Position numbers and translations under genes: made by a program. Below are positions 34,581 through 44,188 of a stretch of DNA of 64,000 nucleotides, piece after piece (within the stretch, counting starts at the first letter, position 1; the number at the start of each line of letters is the position of its first letter). The DNA is from Candidatus Nomurabacteria bacterium (GTDB taxonomy: Bacteria; Patescibacteriota; Patescibacteriia; HK-STAS-PATE-3). The DNA is taken from positions 608,001-672,000 of the forward strand of contig CP060223.1 in assembly GCA_023898465.1 (NCBI GenBank), read 5' to 3'. The notes under the pieces were generated by a model, which ran no database searches, was not told the origin of the DNA, and saw nothing but the letters and a program-made list of their open reading frames with translations.

Positions 34581-35705
34581 CTAATAGGTGACCTGTCGAT
34601 CATCTGGAAAAACCTGTACCCAGGTTTGCCCGGCGTTAAAAATGAGTTGTTGGCCTTCTAAATCGGTAAAAATTGTGCGGGCGCTGGTGGAAGATTTTGA
34701 CCAGCGTGCCGGAATCGCCTCACCGTCGCGGAAAAGAATAGCATCACCGGATCCAACAACATCCATGCTTAAGCGGGTCGCATCAGCTAAACGTGTACCA
34801 ACATATTGCACCAGCACATTCTTTGGGCTAATTTGCTCACCAGTATTCTGATCCGTATGCGCCTCATCGCCCTGGAATCGCAGATAAGTATTTTCTTCAC
34901 GATTATAGGTGTACTTTACCTCATAACTCTTGCTCGAGTAATCAAGCACAATCGGATTTACTTCAAGTGGCCTATCTGCTAAAGCAGCTTCCTCTTTAAA
35001 CTTCCAACCTGTGTAATCCCCTGTCATTGTTGCCTCTTTATCCCGCAAAGCAAATTGCAGGAGCTCAGTGGAAGTGAAAAGTGTATGTTCGGTCGCTCGT
35101 GGAAGATTTTTTCTCCAGTAATACTGGGAGTTATAGAATTGATCAAGGTCAAACACATCTTTGGAGCGAATATCTGCCAAAGCGGTAGGACTACCACCAG
35201 CGTGAGCATATATCGCGCCTAGCTCGTTTGCCCAATCAACATAATATGGTCGAGCACTGCGTACTGGTCCTAACTCAGGAATATCATCGGTTAAGAGGTA
35301 GACTGCTAGGAATCGTGTAATGCCGCCTTCAACTAAGGCCTCGTATACCACATTTGCTTGGCCAAGACCGCTTTGGGGGCGGACAATTGAAAGATTCTCT
35401 ATCATCACGCCAACTGGTCGTGGATTTTTATTCGCAGCAACATCAAGCACGCCATCAAGCACTCGTCGAACTTTTTGCTCGCTAGGCTGATTTGTATTAG
35501 TGACAATTACTTGCCCGTCATCGCTATCATCCGTTCGAGTAAGCAAAAAACCTGCTAATGCAACGACCGCAAGCACGACAACAACAAGAGTGATCTGGAC
35601 CGGCCTTTTCTTTAACCAAAGCGTCATTTTACCCTGCGGTTTGGCTGGTACTGCTACCTGCTCTACCCCCTCTTTCATCTCTCCTTTGGTATCCCCCTTA
35701 GGCAT
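34581..35705 (-). CDS. Secreted/membrane-anchored protein, paralog A of a tandem pair (possibly DUF3048/YerB-like)
   Basis: It has an N-terminal TM helix. It carries GPVRSARPYYVDWANELGAIYAHAGGSPTAL. The paralogs are collinear and about 40% identical. Confidence 0.45.
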   Translation of the reverse strand: MPKGDTKGEMKEGVEQVAVPAKPQGKMTLWLKKRPVQITLVVVVLAVVALAGFLLTRTDDSDDGQVIVTNTNQPSEQKVRRVLDGVLDVAANKNPRPVGVMIENLSIVRPQSGLGQANVVYEALVEGGITRFLAVYLLTDDIPELGPVRSARPYYVDWANELGAIYAHAGGSPTALADIRSKDVFDLDQFYNSQYYWRKNLPRATEHTLFTSTELLQFALRDKEATMTGDYTGWKFKEEAALADRPLEVNPIVLDYSSKSYEVKYTYNREENTYLRFQGDEAHTDQNTGEQISPKNVLVQYVGTRLADATRLSMDVVGSGDAILFRDGEAIPARWSKSSTSARTIFTDLEGQQLIFNAGQTWVQVFPDDRQVTY

Positions 35706-35726
35706 AGGTCCCCCTAGATAATTGTA

Positions 35727-36431
35727 TTATTCCTTAGCTTCTTTGGCGCCGGCATCAGGCTTGGCATCACCAGATGCTTCTTCGCCTTCTTCTTCAGCTT
35801 TCTTTGGCTTGGTAGATTCAACGCCACTCACATCTTCAACCACTTCGCTATCAAGTGCTTTCAATTCTTCTTCTGAACGTGGAGGTGTGACCACAGCGAC
35901 TACCGCGTCAGCCTTGTCGAGAATAGTAATGCCTTGCGGCGCTGGAATATCGCTAATATGAATCTGATCTTCAAAGGTCTTTAAGCTGCTCAAATCAACC
36001 TCGATTTCGTGTACCAAATCACCAGGCAAACAAGAAACTTCTACGCTCTCGATGCTGGTCACCAAAGTACCGCTCAATTCAGCCACCGCAGGAGCAGCGC
36101 CAACAAATTTGAGGTTAATCTCAGTTTCAATCTTCTGAGTCATATCAACCTGCAGCAAATCAGCGTGCAAGATACGATCAGTAACTGGATGATGCTGCAC
36201 ATCATGAATAAGCACCTTGACTGGCGCCTCATTCTCGACTGCTAAATCAATCAGCGTGGATTCTCCAGCCTCAATGAATACTTTAGTAAATTCGCGTGCA
36301 TTTAAACTTAGGGATTCTGTTTCACGCTTATTCCCATAAATAACTGCTGGAACAATATCGCTTTGTCGCAGCTTCTTTACTTGTTTACCGAGCGACGAAC
36401 GCCGCTGAGCTTGTAATACGTACGTTTTCAT
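35727..36431 (-). CDS. rplY: 50S ribosomal protein L25 / general stress protein Ctc
   Basis: Its N-terminus is MKTYVLQAQRRSSLGKQVKKLRQSDIVPAVIYG. It has an acidic/Lys-rich C-terminal extension. Confidence 0.8.
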   Translation of the reverse strand: MKTYVLQAQRRSSLGKQVKKLRQSDIVPAVIYGNKRETESLSLNAREFTKVFIEAGESTLIDLAVENEAPVKVLIHDVQHHPVTDRILHADLLQVDMTQKIETEINLKFVGAAPAVAELSGTLVTSIESVEVSCLPGDLVHEIEVDLSSLKTFEDQIHISDIPAPQGITILDKADAVVAVVTPPRSEEELKALDSEVVEDVSGVESTKPKKAEEEGEEASGDAKPDAGAKEAKE

Positions 36432-36444
36432 GAATTTCGAGAAA

Positions 36445-36798
36445 TTAACTGATCAATTCGCCTGATGCATCTTGAACCCATTCATGCACATCGAGGACAT
36501 CGTTCGCATCGATTTCCTTGCCTAGGCGGAATTTCATCACATCTTCAGCAGTTAAATCGGTTAATAGGCCGACTGAACTTACTCCCACCATACTTGCCAC
36601 AATAATGGCGAGTACTGAGGATCCACACCGAGTACATTCGAGGTGGATAAGATGCGCATCCTCACTTGTTACGAGAATTCGCGAGGTGCTTGGCTGATAA
36701 AAAGCCTGGCAAAGCGGACAATGCGAAAGAGCATGAGTGGTCCCCCTGAAACGACCGCCCGAAGCATTATTGAAAAATGACGGGGTTGCGTAGGCCAT
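36445..36798 (-). CDS. Hypothetical zinc-ribbon protein with a hydrophobic segment
   Basis: It has CPLCQ...CTRCGS (CxxC...CxxC) followed by a hydrophobic stretch. Confidence 0.35.
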   Translation of the reverse strand: MAYATPSFFNNASGGRFRGTTHALSHCPLCQAFYQPSTSRILVTSEDAHLIHLECTRCGSSVLAIIVASMVGVSSVGLLTDLTAEDVMKFRLGKEIDANDVLDVHEWVQDASGELIS

Positions 36799-36883
36799 AC
36801 CGACACTACGATATTAATTTTTGTCCGTCAAGTACTTGCATCTGACCGGTATAGTATAGCATATTTTTGGCCTGGGTCAAGTT

Positions 36884-37999
36884 TTAACTGTTCGCATTTG
36901 CCGGTTGGCGCATGCTAATACTCTGCAAAATACCCAGGATAAAGAAATTGGCGAGTAAAGCACTCCCACCTGAGCTTACAAAAGGTAAGGGAATACCAGT
37001 AACCGGTAGTAAGCCAAGATTCATGCCAATATTAATAAAGGTTTGCAGGAAAAGAAGGAGTAAGAGCCCGGTCAACAAATAGGTCGTATACATATCCCGC
37101 GAACGACGAATAATAGCCAAAATTCGGAAAAAGAGTATAGAGAAGGCGCCAATAACCAGCATTGCACCCACAAAACCAAGTTCCTCGGCAATTGCCGCGA
37201 AAATAAAGTCGGTAGCTTGTTCAGGCAAGAAGTTTAACTGACTCTGCGGTCCTAAGCCCAAACCGCGACCAAATAACTGGCCTGAACCTACTGCTACTAT
37301 CGATTGCGTCACATTATACCCATCCCCTAATTGATCCTGCTCAGGACTGAGGAAAGTAAGCACGCGAGCTTTTTGATAATCCTCCAAAACAAAAAACCAG
37401 CTAAATACCATTGCTGCCATAAAACCCAGGATCACTAGGGCGAATTGCCAACGAGGTATACGCTGGAAAAAAAGTAACACCAACCAAGCTCCCATCAGTA
37501 CGGCGGAATATCCAAATTCAGGTTCTAATGCCAACAAGCCCACATATAAGGCAACCATAAGTCCTGACCAGATGATCGTCTTCATTGTCCCCTGCCCTAT
37601 ATCTCGACTGGCAAAAAAGCGAGCCATAGCAAGGACAAGGAAGATACGCACAAACTCCACCGGCTGGAAGGTGCGACCAAAAATAACAAACCACCCGCGA
37701 GTCCCACGAATTGTTTCACCGAAGAAGAGTACCGCAAGCAAAAGGAGTATGCCAAGGATGTAAAGAGGCCAAGCGCTGTTCCACCATACTCGATAATCAA
37801 GAATCGCAATTGCTAACATGATGGCAATGCCTACAATAGCAAAAGTTGCCTGACTCAAAAATTGATCGTAGCTGGGATTCTCAACATTAATGGTCACACT
37901 ATAAAGCGCCGCCAAGCCAAAGGCGGTTAAAAGAATGGTTACCGCAAATAAAGACCAATCGAGGCGCCGGAGCGCCCCAAATCTACTCAATAAAGACAT
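36884..37999 (-). CDS. SEDS-family peptidoglycan glycosyltransferase (FtsW/RodA)
   Basis: It has about 10 TM helices and conserved SEDS blocks (LGLGPQSQLNFLPEQATDFIFAAIAEELGFVG, PFVSSGGSALLANFFILGIL). Confidence 0.8.
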   Translation of the reverse strand: MSLLSRFGALRRLDWSLFAVTILLTAFGLAALYSVTINVENPSYDQFLSQATFAIVGIAIMLAIAILDYRVWWNSAWPLYILGILLLLAVLFFGETIRGTRGWFVIFGRTFQPVEFVRIFLVLAMARFFASRDIGQGTMKTIIWSGLMVALYVGLLALEPEFGYSAVLMGAWLVLLFFQRIPRWQFALVILGFMAAMVFSWFFVLEDYQKARVLTFLSPEQDQLGDGYNVTQSIVAVGSGQLFGRGLGLGPQSQLNFLPEQATDFIFAAIAEELGFVGAMLVIGAFSILFFRILAIIRRSRDMYTTYLLTGLLLLLFLQTFINIGMNLGLLPVTGIPLPFVSSGGSALLANFFILGILQSISMRQPANANS

Positions 38000-38011
38000 A
38001 CGTGCGCATCA

Positions 38012-38878
38012 TTACAGGTTCATATAATTCTGCTGGTCAAATATGTCAACCTCTGGCAACACCTCGACCGTCACGCTACTAGGCAGGGAGCGAAACCACT
38101 GCGCGTCAATCGACTTTGTTGTACCCGCCTCAAAAGACCGTAAAAGTACTGTGGTAAGCGCAATGGGGGTACTATTTTGCAATAGCACGACGGGAACCCG
38201 CACCGACCAGAATCCGTAGAGTGAATCGTTTTGAATATTTGCTGTGACTCGCGCAAAGGTCTGACCGGAATTTGGCACTGTCACAGTAGCAGTGTAACTC
38301 ACATCACTCACGGTAAAGCCAATATTCTCAAGGAGTTGAATATCACTTAGACGCTGCCACGTTAAGGAGATAACCTGAAACTGCACTTTTTTACTATCAC
38401 GACTGCCTTGCCAATCTTCTGCCAAGCGGTACACATAGCTTGACTGTCCTGGCGCCAAACGAGTGGTCTGAGTCGCAGTGCTAGAAACTCCATCGCTAAA
38501 AGTACTTGTAATACTGGCTACCCAGGTCGTGTTTGGATTCTCTATTTTGGTAACAAGGTCAACTCCGTCATTCGCGGCTGATAAGAGTGTGACATCATCA
38601 ATAACGAGAGTCTCTGGTGCCACATCACTCAAGGCGCTGGGAGCAGTTAAGGCTTGTGCGCGTTCCACAAAACCACGCTCTATCCCCCGCCCCTGTACCA
38701 AGTAGAGAAAAACTGAAGTAATGACAAAGGCAAAGAGTAAGGTGTCAGCCACAAGAATAGCTAAAACCCACCATTTACGAAGCTGAAAACGGTGGACCAA
38801 AAACCACTCGCGTAAACGCAAAGGCAAATCATTGAAACGAAAGCCGCTGCTTGGATAGTCTGATTGCTCGGAATCCAT
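38012..38878 (-). CDS. Hypothetical membrane-anchored protein upstream of the SEDS gene
   Basis: It has one TM helix near the N-terminus and a beta-rich C-terminal domain. I recognised no family. Confidence 0.4.
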   Translation of the reverse strand: MDSEQSDYPSSGFRFNDLPLRLREWFLVHRFQLRKWWVLAILVADTLLFAFVITSVFLYLVQGRGIERGFVERAQALTAPSALSDVAPETLVIDDVTLLSAANDGVDLVTKIENPNTTWVASITSTFSDGVSSTATQTTRLAPGQSSYVYRLAEDWQGSRDSKKVQFQVISLTWQRLSDIQLLENIGFTVSDVSYTATVTVPNSGQTFARVTANIQNDSLYGFWSVRVPVVLLQNSTPIALTTVLLRSFEAGTTKSIDAQWFRSLPSSVTVEVLPEVDIFDQQNYMNL

Positions 38879-39001
38879 GCGTATATTGTAGCAGAGCCTG
38901 CCCAGACATGATAGCCGCTTTGCGATGAGACGCCTCTATGGTATAGTAAGCCTGTTTGAACGTCACTTTTTGAGGCTTACCCGCACTTCGGGCCACCTCA
39001 T

Positions 39002-39331
39002 TTGGAGAAAAGCGGTATGTACTTCTCAACCAGTCAAGATCTCTTCTTCTTTGTGCTCGCAGTTGCGATTGCGATTTTGACGGCCTTCATGGTATGGGCC
39101 TTGTTTTACATTATCATGATTCTCCGCAAGGGCTATAACGCGGTCAATGAAATTGAAGAAAAGCTTGCCTCACTTGATGCGCTCTTCACCACAGTGAAAG
39201 AACATCTCATACACTCTAGCTCTTCTCTGAAGGTGCTAGTAGGAGTGGTGACCAAGTTGATTGAGGTCATCCAAAAACGCAAACAGAAAAAAACTACTAA
39301 GGGGGACAAAAAATCCACTGACAGCGCTTGA
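39002..39331 (+). CDS. Small membrane protein (one TM helix plus a coiled coil)
   Basis: It is 109 aa, ends 6 nt before dnaE and has a Lys-rich tail. Confidence 0.35.
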   Translation: MEKSGMYFSTSQDLFFFVLAVAIAILTAFMVWALFYIIMILRKGYNAVNEIEEKLASLDALFTTVKEHLIHSSSSLKVLVGVVTKLIEVIQKRKQKKTTKGDKKSTDSA

Positions 39332-39337
39332 TAACAC

Positions 39338-42300
39338 ATGCGCTTCGCCCACCTTCACGTCCATAGTCACTATAGTCTGCTTGACGGTCTACCAAAAATA
39401 GACGAGCTTGTTGCACGTGCAGTCGAATTGGATATGCCAGCAGTCGCCCTCACCGATCACGGCGTCTTATATGGAGCGGTAGAGTTTTATCAAAAAGCCA
39501 CTGCCGCTGGAATCAAACCCATCATAGGTATTGAGGCCTATTTAGCACGCAACAGTCGTCACTCAAAACAAGCAAAGGTTGATGAGCGCCCTTACCACCT
39601 CATCCTCCTAGCTGAGAATAATACGGGATATAAAAACCTAATTGCCCTAACTACCCGAGCGCATCTGGAAGGTTACTATTATCGCCCGCGCATAGACTGG
39701 GAGTTGCTTGAGCAGTACTCAGAAGGGCTTATTGCTATGACCGCCTGCATTGGCGGACATATCCCCTCCCTTATCCTAAGTGGTGAAGAAGAGGAACTGA
39801 AGCGAACTATTGAGCGATATAAAAAAGTATTTGGCCCTGATCACTTTTACTTTGAATTACAAAGCAATCCTAGTCTACCGCAGCAACAAACTGTGAATAC
39901 TCGACTGATTGAGTTGAGTCGGGAATATGACGTGCCATTGGTAGTCACAAATGACTGTCACTATCTAAGCACCGAGGATGCAGACGCACAGGATATCCTG
40001 CTCTGCCTCCAAACCAAATCAAAGAAGAATGATAAGGATCGCATGAGCTACCTGGGGGAAAATTTTGCCCTGCGTTCTACCGAAGAAATGGCCTCCCTCT
40101 TCCCTGACCTTCCCGAAGCGATTGCCAATACTGCCGCAATTGCTGAACGCTGTAATGTCACTCTCGAGCTCGGCAAAATTCACTTGCCGCACTACGAGGT
40201 ACCACAGGGAAAAACTGCGAACGCCTACCTGCGGGAACTCTGCATGCGCGGACTGCGCGACCGTTACGATACCAAGCCTGATAAAGAAGTCCTAGATCGA
40301 CTCGACTACGAGCTTTCGGTTATTGAAAAAACTGGTTTTGCAACTTACCTGCTCATCGTGCAAGACTTCATTACCTGGGCAAAGGAAAATCGTATCGTTG
40401 TCGGACCTGGTCGTGGATCAGCTGCTTCCAGTCTTGTTTGCTATCTACTCAACATCACTGACATCGACCCCTTACGCTACGATCTCCTGTTTGAGCGTTT
40501 CTTGAATCCGGAGCGTATCTCCATGCCTGATATTGATACCGACTTTTCTGACGTCCGGCGTGATGAGGTGATCCGCTATGTGGAATCAAAATACGGTAAA
40601 GATCATGTGGCGCAGATTATTACCTTTGGAACAATGGCTGCACGAGCTGCTATTCGCGATGTTGGCCGGGTGCTCGATCTGCCCTATATGTATTGCGATC
40701 GAGTAGCTAAACTCATTCCTATGGGCATGACCATTGATGAAGCGGTCAGCTCGGTTCCGGAATTGCGCGAGATTAATGATAACGATCCACAAGCAAAAGA
40801 GTTGCTCGACAATGCTCGGAAGCTTGAAGGTGTTGCGCGTCATGCTTCTACGCACGCCTGTGGTGTGGTGATTACCAAAGAGCCGCTGGAAGAGTATGTG
40901 CCAGTGCAGTTTGCTTCAGCCAGCGACCAAACTGTTATCACACAATACTCACTCCATCCGATCGAGGACCTCGGTCTCTTGAAAATGGACTTCCTTGGTT
41001 TGTCCAACCTCACCATTATTGAAACGACTTTAAAGATTGTTGAAAAGACTCGAGGCGAACATATCGTACTGCAGGATTTACCGCTCGATGATAAAAAAGC
41101 CTATTCCCTACTCCAGCGCGGTAACACCATTGGCGTGTTCCAACTTGAATCTTCGGGCATGCGACGTTATCTCATCAGCTTGAAGCCGAACGAATTAGAA
41201 GACCTCATCGCTATGGTGGCACTCTATCGTCCTGGTCCAATGGAACTTATCCCGGAATTCATTGACGGCAAACATGGACGTCGTCAGGCGCAATATCTCC
41301 ATCCGAAACTGAAGCCTATCCTCGACAAAACATATGGCGTAGCAGTCTACCAAGAACAGGTGCTGCAAATGGCTCGCGACCTGGCCGGCTTTAGCATGGG
41401 TGAAGCAGATGTGCTGCGTAAAGCTGTAGGTAAAAAAATTGGGAAGTTGCTGCAAGAGCAAAAAGAAAAGTTTGTCGAGGGATGTGTGAAAAACGATATT
41501 AAAGAAGCCACGGCTAAGAAGATTTTTGATTTCATCGAGCCTTTTGCCCGCTATGGTTTTAACCGTGCACACGCGGCCTGCTATGGCCTGATCGCCTACC
41601 AAACCGCCTTCCTGAAAGCAAACTATACTGCTGAATTCATGGCTGCATTAATGACTTCGGATCATGGCTCAACTGATCGCATTGCTTTAGAGATTGAAGA
41701 ATGCCGGCACCTTGGTATAGAGGTATTACCGCCTGACATTAATGAAAGTTTTGCCACCTTTACTGTGGTTACTCAGAAAGATCAAGATGCTGAGCCAAAT
41801 CGCATTCGCTTTGGACTTAATGCTATCAAGAATGTTGGTGAAGGTGTCGTCGAGGCAATAATTGCTGAGCGTAAACAAAACGGTTCCTTTGCGAATCTCG
41901 AGGATTTCCTAGAACGAGTACAAAGCAAAGACGTGAACAAAAAATCTCTGGAGGCCCTTATCAAGGCGGGAGCTTTAGACTGCGTTGGTGGGCGAAGCGC
42001 GCTGCTCCATAACTTGGAAACGATCCTCTCCTTTGCCAAGCAAGTGGGGCAAGAAAAAGATCAGCGACAAACCAACCTTTTTGGCATGCTTCCAAATACA
42101 CACGCACGTAAATTAACATTGATGGAGGCTGAACCTCTAGATAAAATGCAGCGACTCTCCTGGGAACGAGAATTGCTAGGGCTCTACTTATCCGATCATC
42201 CGCTTTCTCAATATCGTGAGGCTCTGGCAAAAATTTCCACACCTATCCTCGGCTTGGATCAAGCACCTCGCAGTCGCATGATCAGCATCGCAGGGATAGT

Positions 42301-42784
42301 CACCCAAGTGCAAAGGATCACCACGCGTAAAGGCGATGCAATGCTCTTTGTGCGGATAGAAGACATGTCAGGTTCTGTTGAAGTGCTGGTTTTTCCGAAG
42401 CTCTACCTCGACACCTCTCATGAATGGATTGAGGAATCACTTGTCCTGGTAAAAGGAAAGGTCAGCGACAAGGACGGCATACCAAAAATTCTAGCTGACT
42501 CGGTCAAAGCGCTTGACCCGAATAAGCTGCAAGCAGCGTCCCCTGCTCTTCCGAGAAACACTGACTCACCAATGCAGGAATACGTGATTCGCTTACCAAA
42601 GAACATTAGTCCTGCTACACTTGATGCATTGAAACAAGTACTGCAAGCGCATGAGGGTGACGCTCGAGTCCGTCTCACTATGGAGGGAACGAACGGTCAG
42701 AGTAAAGAGACAAATTACTACGTGCGTGACTCAGAAGCCTTACGTAATGAGGTAGCAGCAACCTTGGCCAGTCTACAAGACTAA
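39338..42784 (+). CDS. dnaE: DNA polymerase III alpha subunit
   Basis: It has the PHP domain start MRFAHLHVHSHYSLLDG and is 1148 aa. Its blocks are collinear with DnaE, including an OB-fold C-terminus. Confidence 0.9.
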   Translation: MRFAHLHVHSHYSLLDGLPKIDELVARAVELDMPAVALTDHGVLYGAVEFYQKATAAGIKPIIGIEAYLARNSRHSKQAKVDERPYHLILLAENNTGYKNLIALTTRAHLEGYYYRPRIDWELLEQYSEGLIAMTACIGGHIPSLILSGEEEELKRTIERYKKVFGPDHFYFELQSNPSLPQQQTVNTRLIELSREYDVPLVVTNDCHYLSTEDADAQDILLCLQTKSKKNDKDRMSYLGENFALRSTEEMASLFPDLPEAIANTAAIAERCNVTLELGKIHLPHYEVPQGKTANAYLRELCMRGLRDRYDTKPDKEVLDRLDYELSVIEKTGFATYLLIVQDFITWAKENRIVVGPGRGSAASSLVCYLLNITDIDPLRYDLLFERFLNPERISMPDIDTDFSDVRRDEVIRYVESKYGKDHVAQIITFGTMAARAAIRDVGRVLDLPYMYCDRVAKLIPMGMTIDEAVSSVPELREINDNDPQAKELLDNARKLEGVARHASTHACGVVITKEPLEEYVPVQFASASDQTVITQYSLHPIEDLGLLKMDFLGLSNLTIIETTLKIVEKTRGEHIVLQDLPLDDKKAYSLLQRGNTIGVFQLESSGMRRYLISLKPNELEDLIAMVALYRPGPMELIPEFIDGKHGRRQAQYLHPKLKPILDKTYGVAVYQEQVLQMARDLAGFSMGEADVLRKAVGKKIGKLLQEQKEKFVEGCVKNDIKEATAKKIFDFIEPFARYGFNRAHAACYGLIAYQTAFLKANYTAEFMAALMTSDHGSTDRIALEIEECRHLGIEVLPPDINESFATFTVVTQKDQDAEPNRIRFGLNAIKNVGEGVVEAIIAERKQNGSFANLEDFLERVQSKDVNKKSLEALIKAGALDCVGGRSALLHNLETILSFAKQVGQEKDQRQTNLFGMLPNTHARKLTLMEAEPLDKMQRLSWERELLGLYLSDHPLSQYREALAKISTPILGLDQAPRSRMISIAGIVTQVQRITTRKGDAMLFVRIEDMSGSVEVLVFPKLYLDTSHEWIEESLVLVKGKVSDKDGIPKILADSVKALDPNKLQAASPALPRNTDSPMQEYVIRLPKNISPATLDALKQVLQAHEGDARVRLTMEGTNGQSKETNYYVRDSEALRNEVAATLASLQD

Positions 42785-42786
42785 GT

Positions 42787-43968
42787 ATGGAAAAACGTCA
42801 TTCAACTCAAGGTCAGCTTCCAAAGTCTTATGCTCGAGCAGCAATCATTTTTATTTTTATTGTACTCATCGCTGGCGGCGGCGTACTTTATCTCTCCTTA
42901 TCGCGTACGATTGTCACAATCACCCCTCGCCAACAAGAATACTCAGTAACTGTGCCCGTGGCAGTGAGGGAAGATGAAATCGCAGAAGGTGGCGAACGAA
43001 GCGACAACTCAACTATCCAAGGCATGATCCTCACAGCTACTCGCACTCGACAAGGCACCTTCACGAGTTTAGGTGAAGGAAGCAGCGTGGCTGATACCGC
43101 CACCGGTCGAGTAACTATTTATAATAACTGGAACCAAACGCAGCCCTTGGCAGCTACCACTCGCTTCTTAACTGAAGATGGCGTGCTTTTTAGACTCAAA
43201 GAACGAGTTGATGTACCGGCTGCTTCATCGATTGAGGCGGAGGTATACGCTGATGAAAAAGGAGCCATCGGAAACATTGGACCAAGTCGCTTCACGCTGC
43301 CTGGTCTCTGGCCCGGCCTGCAGGAAAAAATCTATGCGGAGAGCACTACAGCAATGACAGGAGGATTAAAAGAAGTGAAGAGCGTCTCAGCAGAAGATTT
43401 ACGACAAGCTGAAAACACCCTACGATCGCAAATCGTTGAAGATGTACGCAGCTTTTTTCAAGACAGCTTAGCTGGTGAAGAAACCAAGTGGCAACTTCTC
43501 GATGACGCGCTTATCGGAACTATTACGGAAAAGGATTTCAGCGCCGAGGTTGGCGACCAAGTAGAAGACTTCACGGGCAGTCTCACGCTTAAGGTGGACG
43601 GCGTTGCTATACTTCCTAGCGATATCGCTGCCCTGGCTGCCACGCGACTCACTGAAGAAATTCCAGACAACACCATTCCCCTCTCCTCTGATGCCGAGGA
43701 AATTGAAACCACGGTTACAAAAATTAACACTGATACACAAACGGCTGAGTTAAGCATCACCGGAACTATCGACGCGAGCACGACCCTTGCGAATCCAATT
43801 TTTTCACGAAGCAATCTGGTCAGCCGTAGCCGACAAGAGATTCTCGAATACTTCTCTTCCTTCCCAGAGGTTGCTGCTGTCTCTATTCGCTTCTCCCCCT
43901 TTTGGGCCACTCAGGCTGCATCGCTTGAGGATCATATTGAAATTCGTTTTAATCAGCCTGAGCAATAA
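42787..43968 (+). CDS. Hypothetical membrane-anchored protein co-transcribed with dnaE
   Basis: It has an N-terminal TM helix and a large extracytoplasmic domain. I recognised no family. Confidence 0.4.
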   Translation: MEKRHSTQGQLPKSYARAAIIFIFIVLIAGGGVLYLSLSRTIVTITPRQQEYSVTVPVAVREDEIAEGGERSDNSTIQGMILTATRTRQGTFTSLGEGSSVADTATGRVTIYNNWNQTQPLAATTRFLTEDGVLFRLKERVDVPAASSIEAEVYADEKGAIGNIGPSRFTLPGLWPGLQEKIYAESTTAMTGGLKEVKSVSAEDLRQAENTLRSQIVEDVRSFFQDSLAGEETKWQLLDDALIGTITEKDFSAEVGDQVEDFTGSLTLKVDGVAILPSDIAALAATRLTEEIPDNTIPLSSDAEEIETTVTKINTDTQTAELSITGTIDASTTLANPIFSRSNLVSRSRQEILEYFSSFPEVAAVSIRFSPFWATQAASLEDHIEIRFNQPEQ

Positions 43969-44188
43969 TTTATTGACAAGAAGGCTGGTCCAGATATAGG
44001 ATGAGAGTGTTGTGATTGGCTGAGCTACCAACTCAGCGCTCCCTCGGGAGTCCAATAAGCTAAGCAACAAGACAATATATAGAGTGTTCTCCCTAGCCTT
44101 GGCGAAGGAGGAAATCTGGGTGGAACCGTCCTAAACCCTGTCGAAGGACCCCAACGTTCATAACGATGGGATTAATTTATTTACACCT
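43969..44188 (+). promoter_or_regulatory. thrS 5' leader: sigma70-like promoter and a structured 220-nt leader
   Basis: The promoter is TTGACA (43974-79), a 16-17 nt spacer and TATAGG. The leader contains the hairpin GCTGAG-ctaccaa-CTCAGC. An AAGGAGG sits 75 nt upstream of the ATG, followed by only a 4-codon uORF (GTG GAA CCG TCC TAA). Confidence 0.35.
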
